Counted from the first letter of the stretch, positions 30,969-41,842 are shown. The stretch is DNA of 61,104 nucleotides from Rhodobacterales bacterium (GCA_026400325.1 JAPLPF010000081.1:45388-106491); one strand, 5' to 3'. Numbers and translations: made by a program. Notes: generated by a model from the sequence alone, not told the origin.

Positions 30969-31994
30969 ATGCGGGCGCGCCTTGCCACCCTTTTTCTGGC
31001 GGTCGGACTGTTGACCGCCGCGTCCGCCCGGGCCGAGATGCTGGACTTCGAGGCGCTGGATGGCTGGCGCGACGACAATCACGTCGAGGCACTGACGACC
31101 TTTCTGCGGACCTGCGACCTGATCGACGCCCCCGACTGGCGCCCGGTCTGTGCGGTGGCCGCGGATGTCCCACAAGATGACGCCTCGGCCCGCAGCTTTT
31201 TCGAGCTGTTCTTCAAACCGGTCATCGTGGGCAAGCCGCCCGCACTGTTCACCGGATACTTCGAACCCGAGCTTGACGGATCCACTGTTCGCAGCGGCCG
31301 ATTCAAGTACCCGATCTATCGCCGCCCCCCCGAATTGCAGGACGGGACGGTCTATCATTCCCGTGAGGCAATCGAAAACGGCGCGATCGCGGGGCGCGGG
31401 CTGGAGATTGCCTGGCTGGACGACCCTGTCGATGTCTATTTCCTGCAAGTGCAGGGCTCGGGCCGGATCCGGATGACGGATGGCTCGGTCATACGGGTTG
31501 GCTATGCCGGGGCCAATGGGCATGCCTACCGGTCCATCGGGCAGGAAATGGTGCGCCGGGGCACACACAGCCTGGATCAGGTGTCAGCCCCGGAAATTGC
31601 AAGCTGGGTGCGCGGCAACCCCTCGGCCGGGCAAGAGCTGCTTTACACCAACCCCTCTTACGTCTTTTTTCGCAAGATCGGTACGCTCCGGCCCGAAGAT
31701 GGCCCGATCGGCGCAATGGGTCGGTCGATTGCCACGCTGCGGTCGGTGGCGATCGACCCCAAGTTCACGCCGCTTGGCGCCCCGGTCTGGATCGAAAAGG
31801 ACGGCCGCGATCCCATCCGCCGGCTGATGGTTGCGCAGGACACCGGCGGCGCGATCAAGGGAATGCAGCGCGCCGACATCTTCTATGGCACCGGGTCCGG
31901 GGCGGGGGACGCCGCGGGCACGATCAAGGACCCCGGCCGCATGGTGCTGCTTTTGCCCATCGACCGGGCCTTTGCCATGCTTGAGGGTGGCTGA
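30969..31994 (+). CDS. mltA: Murein transglycosylase A
   Basis: FTGYFEP, FLQVQGSG, NPSYVFF, QDTGGAIKG..RADIFYG. Confidence 0.93.
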   Translation: MRARLATLFLAVGLLTAASARAEMLDFEALDGWRDDNHVEALTTFLRTCDLIDAPDWRPVCAVAADVPQDDASARSFFELFFKPVIVGKPPALFTGYFEPELDGSTVRSGRFKYPIYRRPPELQDGTVYHSREAIENGAIAGRGLEIAWLDDPVDVYFLQVQGSGRIRMTDGSVIRVGYAGANGHAYRSIGQEMVRRGTHSLDQVSAPEIASWVRGNPSAGQELLYTNPSYVFFRKIGTLRPEDGPIGAMGRSIATLRSVAIDPKFTPLGAPVWIEKDGRDPIRRLMVAQDTGGAIKGMQRADIFYGTGSGAGDAAGTIKDPGRMVLLLPIDRAFAMLEGG

Positions 31995-32024
31995 CACCCA
32001 TGCCGCGCCGCCGCCACGCGCCCG

Positions 32025-32528
32025 ATGCACGGCTTTGCCCCGCGCCCGTCCGAACCGGCACCGCCCGTGGAGCCCGAGCCTCTGCAGCACGCAAAACCGC
32101 GCGTGTCGCCGTTTCTTCTGGGCGAAAAGGTCCGCACAACCGAACGGCGCGATTTGGCGCCCGCTCTTTTGGGGCAGGCGACCGTCCAGATGGACGCCAA
32201 GACCCACGGCAAGATGACCCGCGGCAAGCTGGCCCCCGAGGCGCGCATCGACCTGCATGGCATGACCCTGGCCGAGGCGCATCCCGAACTGATCCGCTTC
32301 ATCCTTGACGCCCAAGCGGCGGGTCTGCGTCTGGTGCTGGTGATCACCGGCAAAGGCAAGCTGCGCGAGGATTCCGGCCCGATCCCGCAACGCATGGGGG
32401 CGCTGCGCCATCAGGTGCCGCAATGGCTGCGCCTTTCGCCGATTGGTCCGGTGGTTCTTCAGGTGACCGAGGCGCATCTGAAGCACGGGGGGTCCGGGGC
32501 GTACTACGTTTATCTGCGTCGGCGCTGA
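32025..32528 (+). CDS. Smr/MutS family protein (5' end possibly disrupted)
   Basis: IDLHGMT, LVITGKG, HGGSGAYYVYLRR; an out-of-frame MPRRR start sits at 32000. Confidence 0.85.
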   Translation: MHGFAPRPSEPAPPVEPEPLQHAKPRVSPFLLGEKVRTTERRDLAPALLGQATVQMDAKTHGKMTRGKLAPEARIDLHGMTLAEAHPELIRFILDAQAAGLRLVLVITGKGKLREDSGPIPQRMGALRHQVPQWLRLSPIGPVVLQVTEAHLKHGGSGAYYVYLRRR

Positions 32529-32552
32529 AGCCTTCGTGTGGCGGGGGCGGGC

Positions 32553-33653
32553 TTAATCCACCACCTTGTCCAGGGCGACCACTGGCGCAAGGATCACCCC
32601 TGTCGCGTTGCGCACGGTCAGCACGATCCCGGGCAAAAGGCCCACGCGCGCCCGGTCGTCGGCGCGGAAAGCCGAATCGATCCCGACAATCCCGTCGAAC
32701 AGACTGAGAAGCACCGGGTTGGTCCCGAAGTTCTGGTGCCCGGCCCCCACGTCATAGGCCGCCGTGTCAAAGTAGGTGACCTTGAGGTTGGCGATCTTGG
32801 ACAGGTCATCCAGATTGCCAAGACGCGTTTCCTCTGCCGACAGGATGGCCGACAGGCCCAGAACGCGGTCCTTGCTGCTGCCAAAAATCACAAAGGGCTG
32901 CGGCAAGGTGCCAATATCGCGCGCTTGCGACTGGAACACCTCGACATCAAGGTCAGGCGAAATCAGTACAACTCCCGCAATGCGGGACATGACGTTCGTG
33001 TTGCCATCAAGCGCGATCTGCCGCAGGACCTCCATCGTCAGGGCCGCCCCCATGGAATGGGCAACGATGACAATTTCACGCGCGCCAGAGGCGGCCACCT
33101 CGTTCAGCAGCGCCTCGAACCCCGCGCGGGCGAACAGGATGGAATCGCGGTCGTGGACATAGGCAAGCGCCGATCCTGCTGACGGCCAGGCATAGTGAAC
33201 CGCTACGCCGGGAACCTTCAGATCATGGTGCAATTGGGCGACACGGACCACGCCCTCGGCCATCGTGCTATTGAAACCGTGGACATAGACCACGGCGTCG
33301 GTCTGCCCGCGCGCGCGCATTGCGGCCTTGAGGCTGCTCCGAAACTCCGGCGCGCCTCCGAAGCGGGTTTCGTTCAGAACCAGAAAGTGCTTGTCCAGAT
33401 TGGCGGCCTCGCCACGGCGGGGATAGGACACCGTACCGGCCTCGCGTTCAGGGGGGATCGAAATGTCATAGCGGACGAAACTCGCGACATCCGACCGGCC
33501 ATCGGTGTAGCCCTGAACGCCAGCGACCCTTGTGGTCCCGACGAAGATCGTTTCCCGTGATGCAGTGTCCGGGCCAGCGGGCGCTGCAACGAACTCACCC
33601 CTCGGCGCGCAGGACATGACCAGCAAGGCCAGAAGGATAACTTTGGGATGCAA
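32553..33653 (-). CDS. Alpha/beta hydrolase lipoprotein (DUF900-like)
   Basis: Lipobox-like LVMSC; YVHGFN, WPS, AHSMG, SPDLD. Confidence 0.8.
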   Translation of the reverse strand: MHPKVILLALLVMSCAPRGEFVAAPAGPDTASRETIFVGTTRVAGVQGYTDGRSDVASFVRYDISIPPEREAGTVSYPRRGEAANLDKHFLVLNETRFGGAPEFRSSLKAAMRARGQTDAVVYVHGFNSTMAEGVVRVAQLHHDLKVPGVAVHYAWPSAGSALAYVHDRDSILFARAGFEALLNEVAASGAREIVIVAHSMGAALTMEVLRQIALDGNTNVMSRIAGVVLISPDLDVEVFQSQARDIGTLPQPFVIFGSSKDRVLGLSAILSAEETRLGNLDDLSKIANLKVTYFDTAAYDVGAGHQNFGTNPVLLSLFDGIVGIDSAFRADDRARVGLLPGIVLTVRNATGVILAPVVALDKVVD

Positions 33654-33722
33654 GGGCTTCCTTTCCGCATACCGTGACCGGATGCGGGGTTGGGGTCAAG
33701 GCGGGGGTTGGCGGCAAACCGC

Positions 33723-34520
33723 CTAGCCGTTCACGCCAAGACCAAGCAGATGATCCCGCATCCGGACGGTTTCGGTCAGAACGTCATCAAAAAGCGTGCT
33801 CATGTAGGACTGATGCACATATTCAACCGACACCCAGCCGCCATAGCCCACGTCGCGCAACACCCCGACCATCGCGGTGAAATCCAGCACCCCTTCGCCC
33901 CACTTTGCCTGCAAGGCCCCCGGTCTGGCCTGCCGCAGGTGGACATGGGCGGCATGGGGGGCAAGCACGTCAATCTCGGCCTGTCGAAACCCCATGCAGA
34001 CAAAATGCGCGTAGTCGAGCGTAAGTTTCAGACCCGGCACCGCATCCAGCATCCGCAAGGTAGCAGCGGGTGAAGGCAGAAGTCCCCCGACATGCGGCTC
34101 GACCGTCAGCGTCACGCCGTGCCGCCCGGCAATGGCCACCAGGTCGCCAAGTGCCGCGGCCGTTGCATCGAAGGCCCCGGCACCACTGACGCCGGGCAAC
34201 ACAAAGATCGTCGGGCATCCCGCCTTCGCGGCAAAACGGCAGACCTGTGCGAACTCCTGGTTGTTGCGGCTTCGTGCGGCAGGGTTGCTGACCGCGTTTT
34301 CGACGATGTCGCGCCCGAACAGCCAGTACAGATTGGAGACCGTCATGCCGCCAAGATCCCCTGCGGCACCCTCCGGGTTCTCGATGATTCGCGCGCGGTC
34401 CAGGGCGGCACCATGCAGAAGACCCAGATCCATGGCCTGAAACCCCAAAGCGCCGGCAATCCCTCGCGCCTCGCCAAGGTTGCAGGCAGGAAACGACCAG
34501 GATGTGATGGTCATGCGCAT
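33723..34520 (-). CDS. Xylose-isomerase-like TIM-barrel protein (sugar phosphate isomerase/epimerase family)
   Basis: Metal-binding pattern VEPH, LDYAH, HVHLR, SVEY; divergent from the sugar ABC operon. Confidence 0.8.
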   Translation of the reverse strand: MRMTITSWSFPACNLGEARGIAGALGFQAMDLGLLHGAALDRARIIENPEGAAGDLGGMTVSNLYWLFGRDIVENAVSNPAARSRNNQEFAQVCRFAAKAGCPTIFVLPGVSGAGAFDATAAALGDLVAIAGRHGVTLTVEPHVGGLLPSPAATLRMLDAVPGLKLTLDYAHFVCMGFRQAEIDVLAPHAAHVHLRQARPGALQAKWGEGVLDFTAMVGVLRDVGYGGWVSVEYVHQSYMSTLFDDVLTETVRMRDHLLGLGVNG

Positions 34521-34534
34521 TGCGTTCAACCCCC

Positions 34535-34551
34535 AAGTGGCCTTACCAATT
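34535..34551. promoter_or_regulatory. Putative FadR/PdhR-type operator 1
   Basis: AAGTGGCCTTACCAATT; reverse complement AATTGGTAAGGCCACTT resembles the AATTGGTnnnACCAATT consensus. Confidence 0.65.
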
Positions 34552-34659
34552 TCCAAGCATTTGCGGATTCTGGCCCAATATCAAGCACATTCTCTGGTTT
34601 CTGCTTCCGCAACGCTGCAGCGCGGCGGAAGAAAGCCCAAAAAACGGTTGATTTGCGCA

Positions 34660-34676
34660 AAGTGGTCAGGCCAATA
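34660..34676. promoter_or_regulatory. Putative FadR/PdhR-type operator 2
   Basis: AAGTGGTCAGGCCAATA, same AAGTGG-N5-CCAAT frame as operator 1; lies just downstream of a TTGATT -35-like hexamer. Confidence 0.65.
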
Positions 34677-34741
34677 TACCGCACAACCGGAGCGGAGGAG
34701 CCAGTCCGGTTCTCAAGAAAACCACGGGAGGACGTCGTTTC

Positions 34742-35779
34742 ATGAAACATCTGACTGTTTCCACATTGGCGCTTTGTGCGGCGCTGACAAGCTTTGCCGC
34801 GCATGCAGAGGCGGTGATGGCTGAAAAGGGCGGCAGCGCCAACATGGTGCTGTTGCCCAAGTTCCTGGGCATCCTGCCCTTTGACCAGGCCAACCGCGGT
34901 GCGGAAGAGGCGCATGCCGAACTTGGCAATACCGGCACGCTGCTGTTCACCGGCCCGACCCCGGAAAACTCGGTTGCCGGTCAGATCGAGATCCTGACCA
35001 CCGCCGGATCGCAGGGCCAAGCCGTCGTCATGCTGTCGAACAACGCCGGCGACCAGATCGTTCCTGCGGCCGAGGCTGCGCAGGCGGCGGGCACCAAGGT
35101 CGTGACCTGGGACAGCCCGATTCCGTCAGGCGCCGGGGAAACCGTCTTTGTGGCACAGGTCGATTTCGGGTCAATCGGGGTCGTGATGGCCGACATGGCC
35201 TATTCGATCATGGGCGGCGAGGGTGAGTTTGCCGTCCTGTCCGCCACGCCCGACGCGGCCAACCAGAACGCCTGGATCGCCGCGATGGTCGAAACGCTGA
35301 AGGACCCCAAATACGCCAAGATGACGCTGGTCGATACGGTTTATGGCGATGACCAGTCCGAGGTCAGCTACAACCGGGCGCTGGCCCTGGTGGACAGCCA
35401 CCCGAACCTCAAGCTGATCATGTCGCCCACCACGGTTGGCATCCAGGCCAGCGCAAAGGCGATGCAGGACGAGGGGCTTTGCGACAAGGTCAAGGTCTCG
35501 GGTCTGGGGCTGCCAGCTGAAATGGTCAGCTACACGATGAACGGCTGCGCGCCGGAATTCGCGCTGTGGTCCTTTGTCGACCTTGGCTATCTGACCTATT
35601 ACACCAGCTACATGCTGGCGACCGGCAAGATCACCGGCGCCGTGGGCGAGACGTTCAACGCCGGGCGCATGGGTGATTATACCATCGAGGAAGATCCCGG
35701 CCGCGCCGGGGCCAAGCGCATCCTGATGGGGCCGTTCACCGTCTACAACAAGGACAACGTCGAGGCCGAGTCGAAGTAA
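34742..35779 (+). CDS. Sugar ABC transporter substrate-binding protein (rhamnose/AI-2 type)
   Basis: Signal peptide; [37 protein letters not shown] motifs of RhaS-like proteins. Confidence 0.9.
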   Translation: MKHLTVSTLALCAALTSFAAHAEAVMAEKGGSANMVLLPKFLGILPFDQANRGAEEAHAELGNTGTLLFTGPTPENSVAGQIEILTTAGSQGQAVVMLSNNAGDQIVPAAEAAQAAGTKVVTWDSPIPSGAGETVFVAQVDFGSIGVVMADMAYSIMGGEGEFAVLSATPDAANQNAWIAAMVETLKDPKYAKMTLVDTVYGDDQSEVSYNRALALVDSHPNLKLIMSPTTVGIQASAKAMQDEGLCDKVKVSGLGLPAEMVSYTMNGCAPEFALWSFVDLGYLTYYTSYMLATGKITGAVGETFNAGRMGDYTIEEDPGRAGAKRILMGPFTVYNKDNVEAESK

Positions 35780-35798
35780 CGCCCCAGGCCTGGACCGC

Positions 35799-35830
35799 GA
35801 CCAGCCCCCCCCTGCTCCCGGGGGCTGGTC
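35799..35830 (+). terminator. Intercistronic stem-loop after the solute-binding protein gene (mRNA stabiliser or partial terminator)
   Basis: 11-bp stem GACCAGCCCCC/GGGGGCTGGTC. Confidence 0.6.
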
Positions 35831-35865
35831 CACCTTTACCCTGAATTCCCCCGGGAACCCCGAGA

Positions 35866-37374
35866 ATGCCCCCCGTTCTTGACATGCGCGACGTCTCGAA
35901 AAGCTTTGGCGGCACCATGGCGCTGTCCAGCTTCTCCTTGCAGCTTGAGCCTGGCCGCATTCACGCGCTGGTCGGCGAGAACGGCGCTGGAAAATCGACC
36001 CTGATCAAGGTGATGACCGGAATCCATCAGGCCGACACCGGCGAGATCCTGGTGAACGGCCAACCTGTCACCTTTCGCGGCACGGCTGATGCGCAACGCG
36101 CCGGGATTGCAGCAATCTACCAGGAACCGATGGTGTTCCCGGACCTTTCGGTTGCCGAGAATATCTTCATCAGCCATCAGAACCGGACGCAACTGATCAA
36201 CTGGGCCGCCTTGAACGATGAGGCCGCCGCGATGATCGCCCGCCTGGGCGTGACCCTTGATCCGCGCCGGGCGGCCGCCGAACTGACCCTTGCCGAACAG
36301 CAGACGGTGGAAATCGCCCGCGCAATCTCCCTCAACGTGCGCGTGCTGGTCATGGACGAACCCTCTGCCTCGTTGTCGGACCATGAGGTGCAGCGCCTGT
36401 TCGGCATTGCCCGATCGCTGCGCGATCAGGGGGTGGCGGTTCTCTACATCTCGCATCGGCTGGAGGAAATCTTCGCCCTGGCCGACACCGTGACCGTCAT
36501 GCGGGACGGCAGGCACATTTCGACCAACCCGGTGGAAAAGGTGACGCAAGGATCAATGATCGCCGAAATGGTCGGCCGTGACATGACCAACCGGTTTGCG
36601 CGCGAAACCTCGAACGACACGGGCCAGGTTTTGCTCAACGTCTCTGATATGGCCCGAACAGGGGTTTTTCGCGACGTGTCCTTCAGCGTTAACAAGGGCG
36701 AAATCGTCTGTTTCTCCGGCCTCGTCGGCGCGCGACGCACCGACGTCGGGCTGGCACTGTTCGGGGTGCAACCAGCCGACAGCGGGCGCATCGAAATCGC
36801 CGGCCAGCCCGTTACAATCAAAACCCCTGCGCAGGCACAAGCGCTGGGAATAGCCTATGTCTCCGAGGACCGCCGAAAGCTGGGCCTTGCGCTGACCGAA
36901 GGCATCACGCCCAACATCACCCTGGCCATGCTTCCGAAATATTCCGGCCCCTTCGGCTGGCTGGACCGGTTGCGCGAACTGGCCGACGCGCAGGGGTTTC
37001 GTGACAGACTGAACATAAAGGCAGCGAACCTGTCCATTCCGGTCGGCACCCTTTCCGGGGGCAATCAGCAAAAGGTGATGCTGGCGAAATGGCTGAACAC
37101 CAGACCGCGCCTTCTGATCGTCGACGAGCCGACCCGGGGGATCGACGTTGGCGCCAAGGCCGAGGTTCACCAGATCCTGCGCGCCCTTGCTGCCGATGGA
37201 GTTGCGATCATCATCATTTCCTCCGACCTGCCAGAGGTGCTGGCACTCGCCGACCGGATCCTCGTCATGCGTGAAGGACGGATTGTCGGAGCGTTCGCCG
37301 GGGAAGACGCGACCGATGAGGCGGTCATGTCCCTTGCCGTGGCGGCCCCGGCCGCGCTTGTGCAGGTGGCCTGA
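35866..37374 (+). CDS. Sugar ABC transporter ATP-binding protein (CUT2, two ABC domains)
   Basis: GENGAGKST, MDEP, ISHRL, LSGGNQQK, DEPTRGIDVGAK. Confidence 0.95.
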   Translation: MPPVLDMRDVSKSFGGTMALSSFSLQLEPGRIHALVGENGAGKSTLIKVMTGIHQADTGEILVNGQPVTFRGTADAQRAGIAAIYQEPMVFPDLSVAENIFISHQNRTQLINWAALNDEAAAMIARLGVTLDPRRAAAELTLAEQQTVEIARAISLNVRVLVMDEPSASLSDHEVQRLFGIARSLRDQGVAVLYISHRLEEIFALADTVTVMRDGRHISTNPVEKVTQGSMIAEMVGRDMTNRFARETSNDTGQVLLNVSDMARTGVFRDVSFSVNKGEIVCFSGLVGARRTDVGLALFGVQPADSGRIEIAGQPVTIKTPAQAQALGIAYVSEDRRKLGLALTEGITPNITLAMLPKYSGPFGWLDRLRELADAQGFRDRLNIKAANLSIPVGTLSGGNQQKVMLAKWLNTRPRLLIVDEPTRGIDVGAKAEVHQILRALAADGVAIIIISSDLPEVLALADRILVMREGRIVGAFAGEDATDEAVMSLAVAAPAALVQVA

Positions 37375-38369
37375 TGCGCGTTCCCATCGCCACCTTGCGC
37401 ATACTTGTCCTTCTTGGCGTCTTTGCCGCGACCGTGCTTTTCTTCGCGTCCCAGATCGACGGCTATCTGAATGCCCGTCTGTTCAACCGCATTTCGGGGT
37501 CGGTCGCCGTGATCGCGCTGATCGCCGTGGGGCAGGCTTTTGTCGTTCTGACCCGCAACATAGACTTGTCCATCGGGTCGATCGTCGGCTGCACCGCCTA
37601 TTTCACCGGCGGCATCCTGATCGCCTGGCCGGACATGCCGCCCGCCTTGGTGCCGCTGCTTGCCATGGCTATCGGCGCGTCTTTCGGGGCGCTGAATGGC
37701 CTTCTGGTCGCACGCTTTCAGCTGCCTTCGATCATCGTGACGCTTGCCACGCTGGCAATCTTCCGGTCGATCCTTGTGCAGTCCTCGGACGGATCGTCGA
37801 TCACCACGGACCGGCTGCCCTTGTGGCTGACCGAGTTCGCCACCCGCAATGCCCTTACCCTGGGCGATCTGCAGATCCGCTGGATCGTTGTTGTTTCCAT
37901 CCTTGTCGTCCTGGCGGCGCATGTTTTCCTGACCCGCTTTCGCGCGGGCCGCACCTTCTTTGCCGTCGGGTCCAACCCTGACGCCGCTGCCTTCGCCGGG
38001 CTGAACGCCGCCCGCACGATCTTTCTGGCCTTCGTGATCTCGGGCGCGCTGGCGGGGTTGGCCGGCTTCATGTTCCTTGCGCGCTTTGGCAACATCACCG
38101 TGGTCGCTGGTCTTGGGCTTGAACTGAAATCGGTGGGCGCGGTCGTTGTCGGCGGGGTCAACATCTTCGGCGGGTCGGGCAACGTGCTTGGCGTTCTGAT
38201 CGGCGCGGCCCTGATCGACCTGATCGACACCTCGCTTGTCCGCTGGGATCTGGTCAGCGAATTCTGGCGTGAGGCAGTTCTTGGCCTTCTCATCCTGCTT
38301 GCGGTTGCGGTCGATACAACCGTGATGCGCAGAATCCTGCGCCGGAAACCGGCAGGAGGCGGACAATGA
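37374..38369 (+). CDS. Sugar ABC transporter permease
   Basis: [28 protein letters not shown]. Confidence 0.93.
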   Translation: MRVPIATLRILVLLGVFAATVLFFASQIDGYLNARLFNRISGSVAVIALIAVGQAFVVLTRNIDLSIGSIVGCTAYFTGGILIAWPDMPPALVPLLAMAIGASFGALNGLLVARFQLPSIIVTLATLAIFRSILVQSSDGSSITTDRLPLWLTEFATRNALTLGDLQIRWIVVVSILVVLAAHVFLTRFRAGRTFFAVGSNPDAAAFAGLNAARTIFLAFVISGALAGLAGFMFLARFGNITVVAGLGLELKSVGAVVVGGVNIFGGSGNVLGVLIGAALIDLIDTSLVRWDLVSEFWREAVLGLLILLAVAVDTTVMRRILRRKPAGGGQ

Positions 38370-39319
38370 CAGCTCTGCGCAGTTGGGAGGGGTTTCTCTT
38401 CCTTGTCCTGATCCTGATCTACGCCGTCAATGCCTGGAACTCGCCGGTGTTTCTGACCATCGGCAACCAGATCAACATGTTCCAGCTTTCGGTTGAAAAG
38501 ATCATCGTTGCCCTGGTGATGACCTTCATCATCATCAACGGCGAGATTGACCTGTCGGTGGCATCGGTCATGGGCCTGGCCGCCTGCGCCTTTGGCTGGC
38601 TGGTTCAGGCGGGTGTTCCGGCGGGTGCGGCCGTTGCCATCGCGCTGGCAATCGGCCTTGTCTGCGGCGCGTTCAACGCCCTCTTCATCGTCGGCTTCGG
38701 GATCCCGTCGCTTGTAGTGACGCTTGCCACGATGATCGCCTACCGTGGCTTTGCGCGGGTTCTGGTGGAAGACCGCGGGATCGGCGACTTTCCGGCCTGG
38801 GTCGACAAGCTTGGCCAGCAGGGGCTGATCGGGCCCATCCCGCTGGCAATGCTGATTTTCGCCGTGCTTTCGATCCTTGCCTTCCTGATCCTGCAGCGCA
38901 CGGCCTTTGGCCGGAAAGTGTATTTCATCGGCGCCAGCAGGGCGGTTGCCGAATACTCTGGCCTCGATGTGCGCGCGGTGAAGACAAAGATCTTCATCGC
39001 CTCCGGGGCTGTCGCGTCGCTTGCGGGCCTCCTTTACGCCGCCCGCGTGGGCGCGGTGCGGGGTGATATTGCCAACGGGTTCGAGCTTGACATCATCACG
39101 ATCGTCCTGCTTGGCGGGGTCAGCATCTTCGGTGGGGCGGGCACGATGTCGGGCACGATCCTGTCCATCCTCATCGTGCTGGCCTTGCGCAACGGGATGG
39201 CGCTGGAGAACATCACCGGGCATATCCAGACCGGGGTGCTTGGGGTGCTGCTGATCCTGTCAGTCATGGTCCCGCTGATCCGCGAGACCGGCGGTCGCCT
39301 GATTGCGAGGGTGCGATGA
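38366..39319 (+). CDS. Sugar ABC transporter permease
   Basis: [30 protein letters not shown]. Confidence 0.93.
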   Translation: MTALRSWEGFLFLVLILIYAVNAWNSPVFLTIGNQINMFQLSVEKIIVALVMTFIIINGEIDLSVASVMGLAACAFGWLVQAGVPAGAAVAIALAIGLVCGAFNALFIVGFGIPSLVVTLATMIAYRGFARVLVEDRGIGDFPAWVDKLGQQGLIGPIPLAMLIFAVLSILAFLILQRTAFGRKVYFIGASRAVAEYSGLDVRAVKTKIFIASGAVASLAGLLYAARVGAVRGDIANGFELDIITIVLLGGVSIFGGAGTMSGTILSILIVLALRNGMALENITGHIQTGVLGVLLILSVMVPLIRETGGRLIARVR

Positions 39320-40044
39320 AAGGGCCACGGCTTCATCTGGTCAAGACACTGACCGATCCCATCGGCAAGAAGTCCGTTTCGGAAATGGTCGTCCAGCGCA
39401 TCCTGGATCTGGTGAAGACCGGCCACCTTTCCGCCGGGGACAAGCTGCCGTCCGAGCGTGACCTTGCCGAGCAACTGGATGTCAGCCGGCCGACCGTCCG
39501 CGAGGCGCTGCGGGCGCTTTCCATCCTTGGAGTGTTGGAAATCCGGCACGGGGGCGGGGTCTACGTCACCGCCCTGAACGCCGAGGAACTCCTGTCGCCG
39601 ATGGACTTCTTCGTTTCGCTGAACGCACAGAACATGGCCGAGCTTTTCGACGCCCGCATCCATTTCGAGCCGATGCTTGCCGGCCTTGCCGCCGAGCGCC
39701 TGACGGATGCAGCACTTTCCCGCCTTGCCACCCTTGTCGCCGAGCAACTGGCGGACCCCGAGGATGCCGATCTTTTCCACGACACGGATGTAGAGTTTCA
39801 CAAGACGATTCTTGAGGCGTCGGGCAACGATTTCCTGTCGCGCTTCGGCAAGCTCTTGCAAGTCCTTGGCGATCAGGGGCGGCAGGCTTTTCAGAAACGG
39901 AAATCCATTCGCCAGCAGTCGATCGAGGATCACCAGATCATCCTTGCCGCCCTGCAGTCCCATGACGCGGCTGCAGCCCAGCGCGCGATGCGCCAGCATA
40001 TGGTCAATGTCCGCAATGCCCTTCGGGAGGTGACAGGTGCGTAA
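39316..40044 (+). CDS. GntR/FadR family transcriptional regulator
   Basis: [25 protein letters not shown]; FCD domain D..FH, DH, H. Confidence 0.93.
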   Translation: MKGPRLHLVKTLTDPIGKKSVSEMVVQRILDLVKTGHLSAGDKLPSERDLAEQLDVSRPTVREALRALSILGVLEIRHGGGVYVTALNAEELLSPMDFFVSLNAQNMAELFDARIHFEPMLAGLAAERLTDAALSRLATLVAEQLADPEDADLFHDTDVEFHKTILEASGNDFLSRFGKLLQVLGDQGRQAFQKRKSIRQQSIEDHQIILAALQSHDAAAAQRAMRQHMVNVRNALREVTGA

Positions 40045-41080
40045 AGCCCGGATTGCAGTTCTTGGCGCTGGCTGGTGGGGGGCGCAGGTCTACATTCCCT
40101 CGCTTCTGGCCGACCCGACGGTTGACCTGGTCGCCGTGAACCGGCGCGACCCGGTGGCGTTGAAAGAGATCTCAGACAAATTTGGCATCGCGCGCGGTTA
40201 TACAGACTACCGCGAGCTTCTGGCGGTCGAGAAACCGGACGGGGTCGTCATCGTATCGCCCCATACCGTGCATCATGAACAGGCCATGGCGGCGCTGGAT
40301 GCGGGGGCGCATGTCCTGATCGACAAGCCAATGGCCACCAGCGCGGCGCAAGCCCGGGAAATCGTCTCCAACGCCGCAGAAAAGGGTCTTCAGATCGTTG
40401 TCCCCTATGGCTGGAACTTCAAGGATTTCACCCGCAAGGCCGCCGACCTCATGCGCGCCGGCGAAATCGGCATCATACGCCATGTCGTCTGCCAGATGGC
40501 CAGCCCGACCGAAGACCTGTTCGGCGGCCAGGGCCTGATCGAGACGAAGGACCACATGTTCCAGCCCAACCGTGACACCTGGGCCGACCCGGCCAACGCG
40601 GGCGGCTATGGCTGGGGGCAGCTAAGCCACGCGCTGGGCCTGATGTATGCGCTGGTTGATGACGCGCCGGCGCAGGTTTACGCCATTGCGGGCAAATCCC
40701 CTGCCGGGGTGGACTGGTACGACGCCGCCACTCTGCGCTTTGCCAGTGGGGCAACGGCAGTGGTTTCCGGCTCCTCCACCGTGCCAAAGCACTGCGGCTA
40801 TCAGGTCGATATCCGCATCTTCGGGTCGGAAGGCATGCTCTTGATCGACGTTGAACGCGAACGCATGGAACTGCGCCGCAAGGATGGTCGCGATACCGTT
40901 CTGGATATCCCGAAAGGCCAGGGCGCCTACGAATGTATCGAGCCGACCCAGCGCCTTGCGCAGATCTGCCTTGGGACAGCCACCCGCAACGAAGCCCCCG
41001 GCCGTATCGGCCAGCGTGCCGTCGAGACGCTGGACGCGATGTACCGCTCTATCGCCTCGGGCAGACCGGAGGTCGTGTGA
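40037..41080 (+). CDS. Gfo/Idh/MocA family oxidoreductase
   Basis: GAGWWG, SPHTVH, HVLIDKP. Confidence 0.88.
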   Translation: MRKARIAVLGAGWWGAQVYIPSLLADPTVDLVAVNRRDPVALKEISDKFGIARGYTDYRELLAVEKPDGVVIVSPHTVHHEQAMAALDAGAHVLIDKPMATSAAQAREIVSNAAEKGLQIVVPYGWNFKDFTRKAADLMRAGEIGIIRHVVCQMASPTEDLFGGQGLIETKDHMFQPNRDTWADPANAGGYGWGQLSHALGLMYALVDDAPAQVYAIAGKSPAGVDWYDAATLRFASGATAVVSGSSTVPKHCGYQVDIRIFGSEGMLLIDVERERMELRRKDGRDTVLDIPKGQGAYECIEPTQRLAQICLGTATRNEAPGRIGQRAVETLDAMYRSIASGRPEVV

Positions 41081-41841
41081 TGACCTGGCCCACCACCCGC
41101 GCTGACATCATCAGGCCCGGCTTTTCCACGCCCCTTGACGCGCCGATGGTGCCGCCATTCCCGTTCACCTTCCGCAACGTCGAGATTCTGACCCTGACCT
41201 ATCGCACCGACCCTGCCGCGATCCGCGCGCTTTTGCCCGAACCGCTTGTGTCCACTGGCGATACAGTGATGATCCACGTCTACAAGATGAACGACACCGA
41301 CTGGCTTGGCCCCTATCACGAGGTCAACGTGATGGTCGGCGCGGAACTGCCCGGCAAGGCGTCGGGAGCCTATTCGCCCTACCTTTTCCTGTCCTCCGAC
41401 ATTGGCGTCGCGCATGGCCGCGAAACTCATGGTCAGCCGAAGAAGCTGGGCAACCCGAAGCTGGAAGCGCGGGGCGACCTGATCGTCGGCACCCTTGAAC
41501 GCAACGGCATCGACGTGCTGACCGGCACGATGCCCTACAAGCAGACGCAGGCCGAGATTGCCGATCTTTCGGCAATCTTCCCCTTCGCCACCAATCTGAA
41601 CCTCAAGGCCATCGACCACATCAATGGCACCCCGGCGATCCGCCAGTTGACCAGCCGCCAACTGGCCGATGTGCAAGTCACCGAATGCTGGCGCGGTCCC
41701 TGCACCGTTGAGCTTCGCCCCAACGCGCAGGCCCCGCTGCACCGTCTGCCGGTTCTTGACATGCTGGACGGGTTTTACTGGAAAGCCAGCTTCACCCTCG
41801 TGCCGGGCGTGATCCTGCACGACTATCTGACAGAGGTTTGA
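41080..41841 (+). CDS. Acetoacetate decarboxylase (ADC) superfamily protein
   Basis: YRTDPAAIRALLPEPL, LGPYHE, GRETHGQPKKLG (position of the Schiff-base Lys), C-terminal LHDYL; ATG 41080. Confidence 0.85.
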   Translation: MTWPTTRADIIRPGFSTPLDAPMVPPFPFTFRNVEILTLTYRTDPAAIRALLPEPLVSTGDTVMIHVYKMNDTDWLGPYHEVNVMVGAELPGKASGAYSPYLFLSSDIGVAHGRETHGQPKKLGNPKLEARGDLIVGTLERNGIDVLTGTMPYKQTQAEIADLSAIFPFATNLNLKAIDHINGTPAIRQLTSRQLADVQVTECWRGPCTVELRPNAQAPLHRLPVLDMLDGFYWKASFTLVPGVILHDYLTEV

Positions 41842-41842
41842 C

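Noticed and set aside
30111-31568. 485-aa minus-strand ORF
   Set aside because: Antisense shadow of tim44 and mltA.
37718-39223. 501-aa minus-strand ORF
   Set aside because: Antisense shadow of the ABC permeases.
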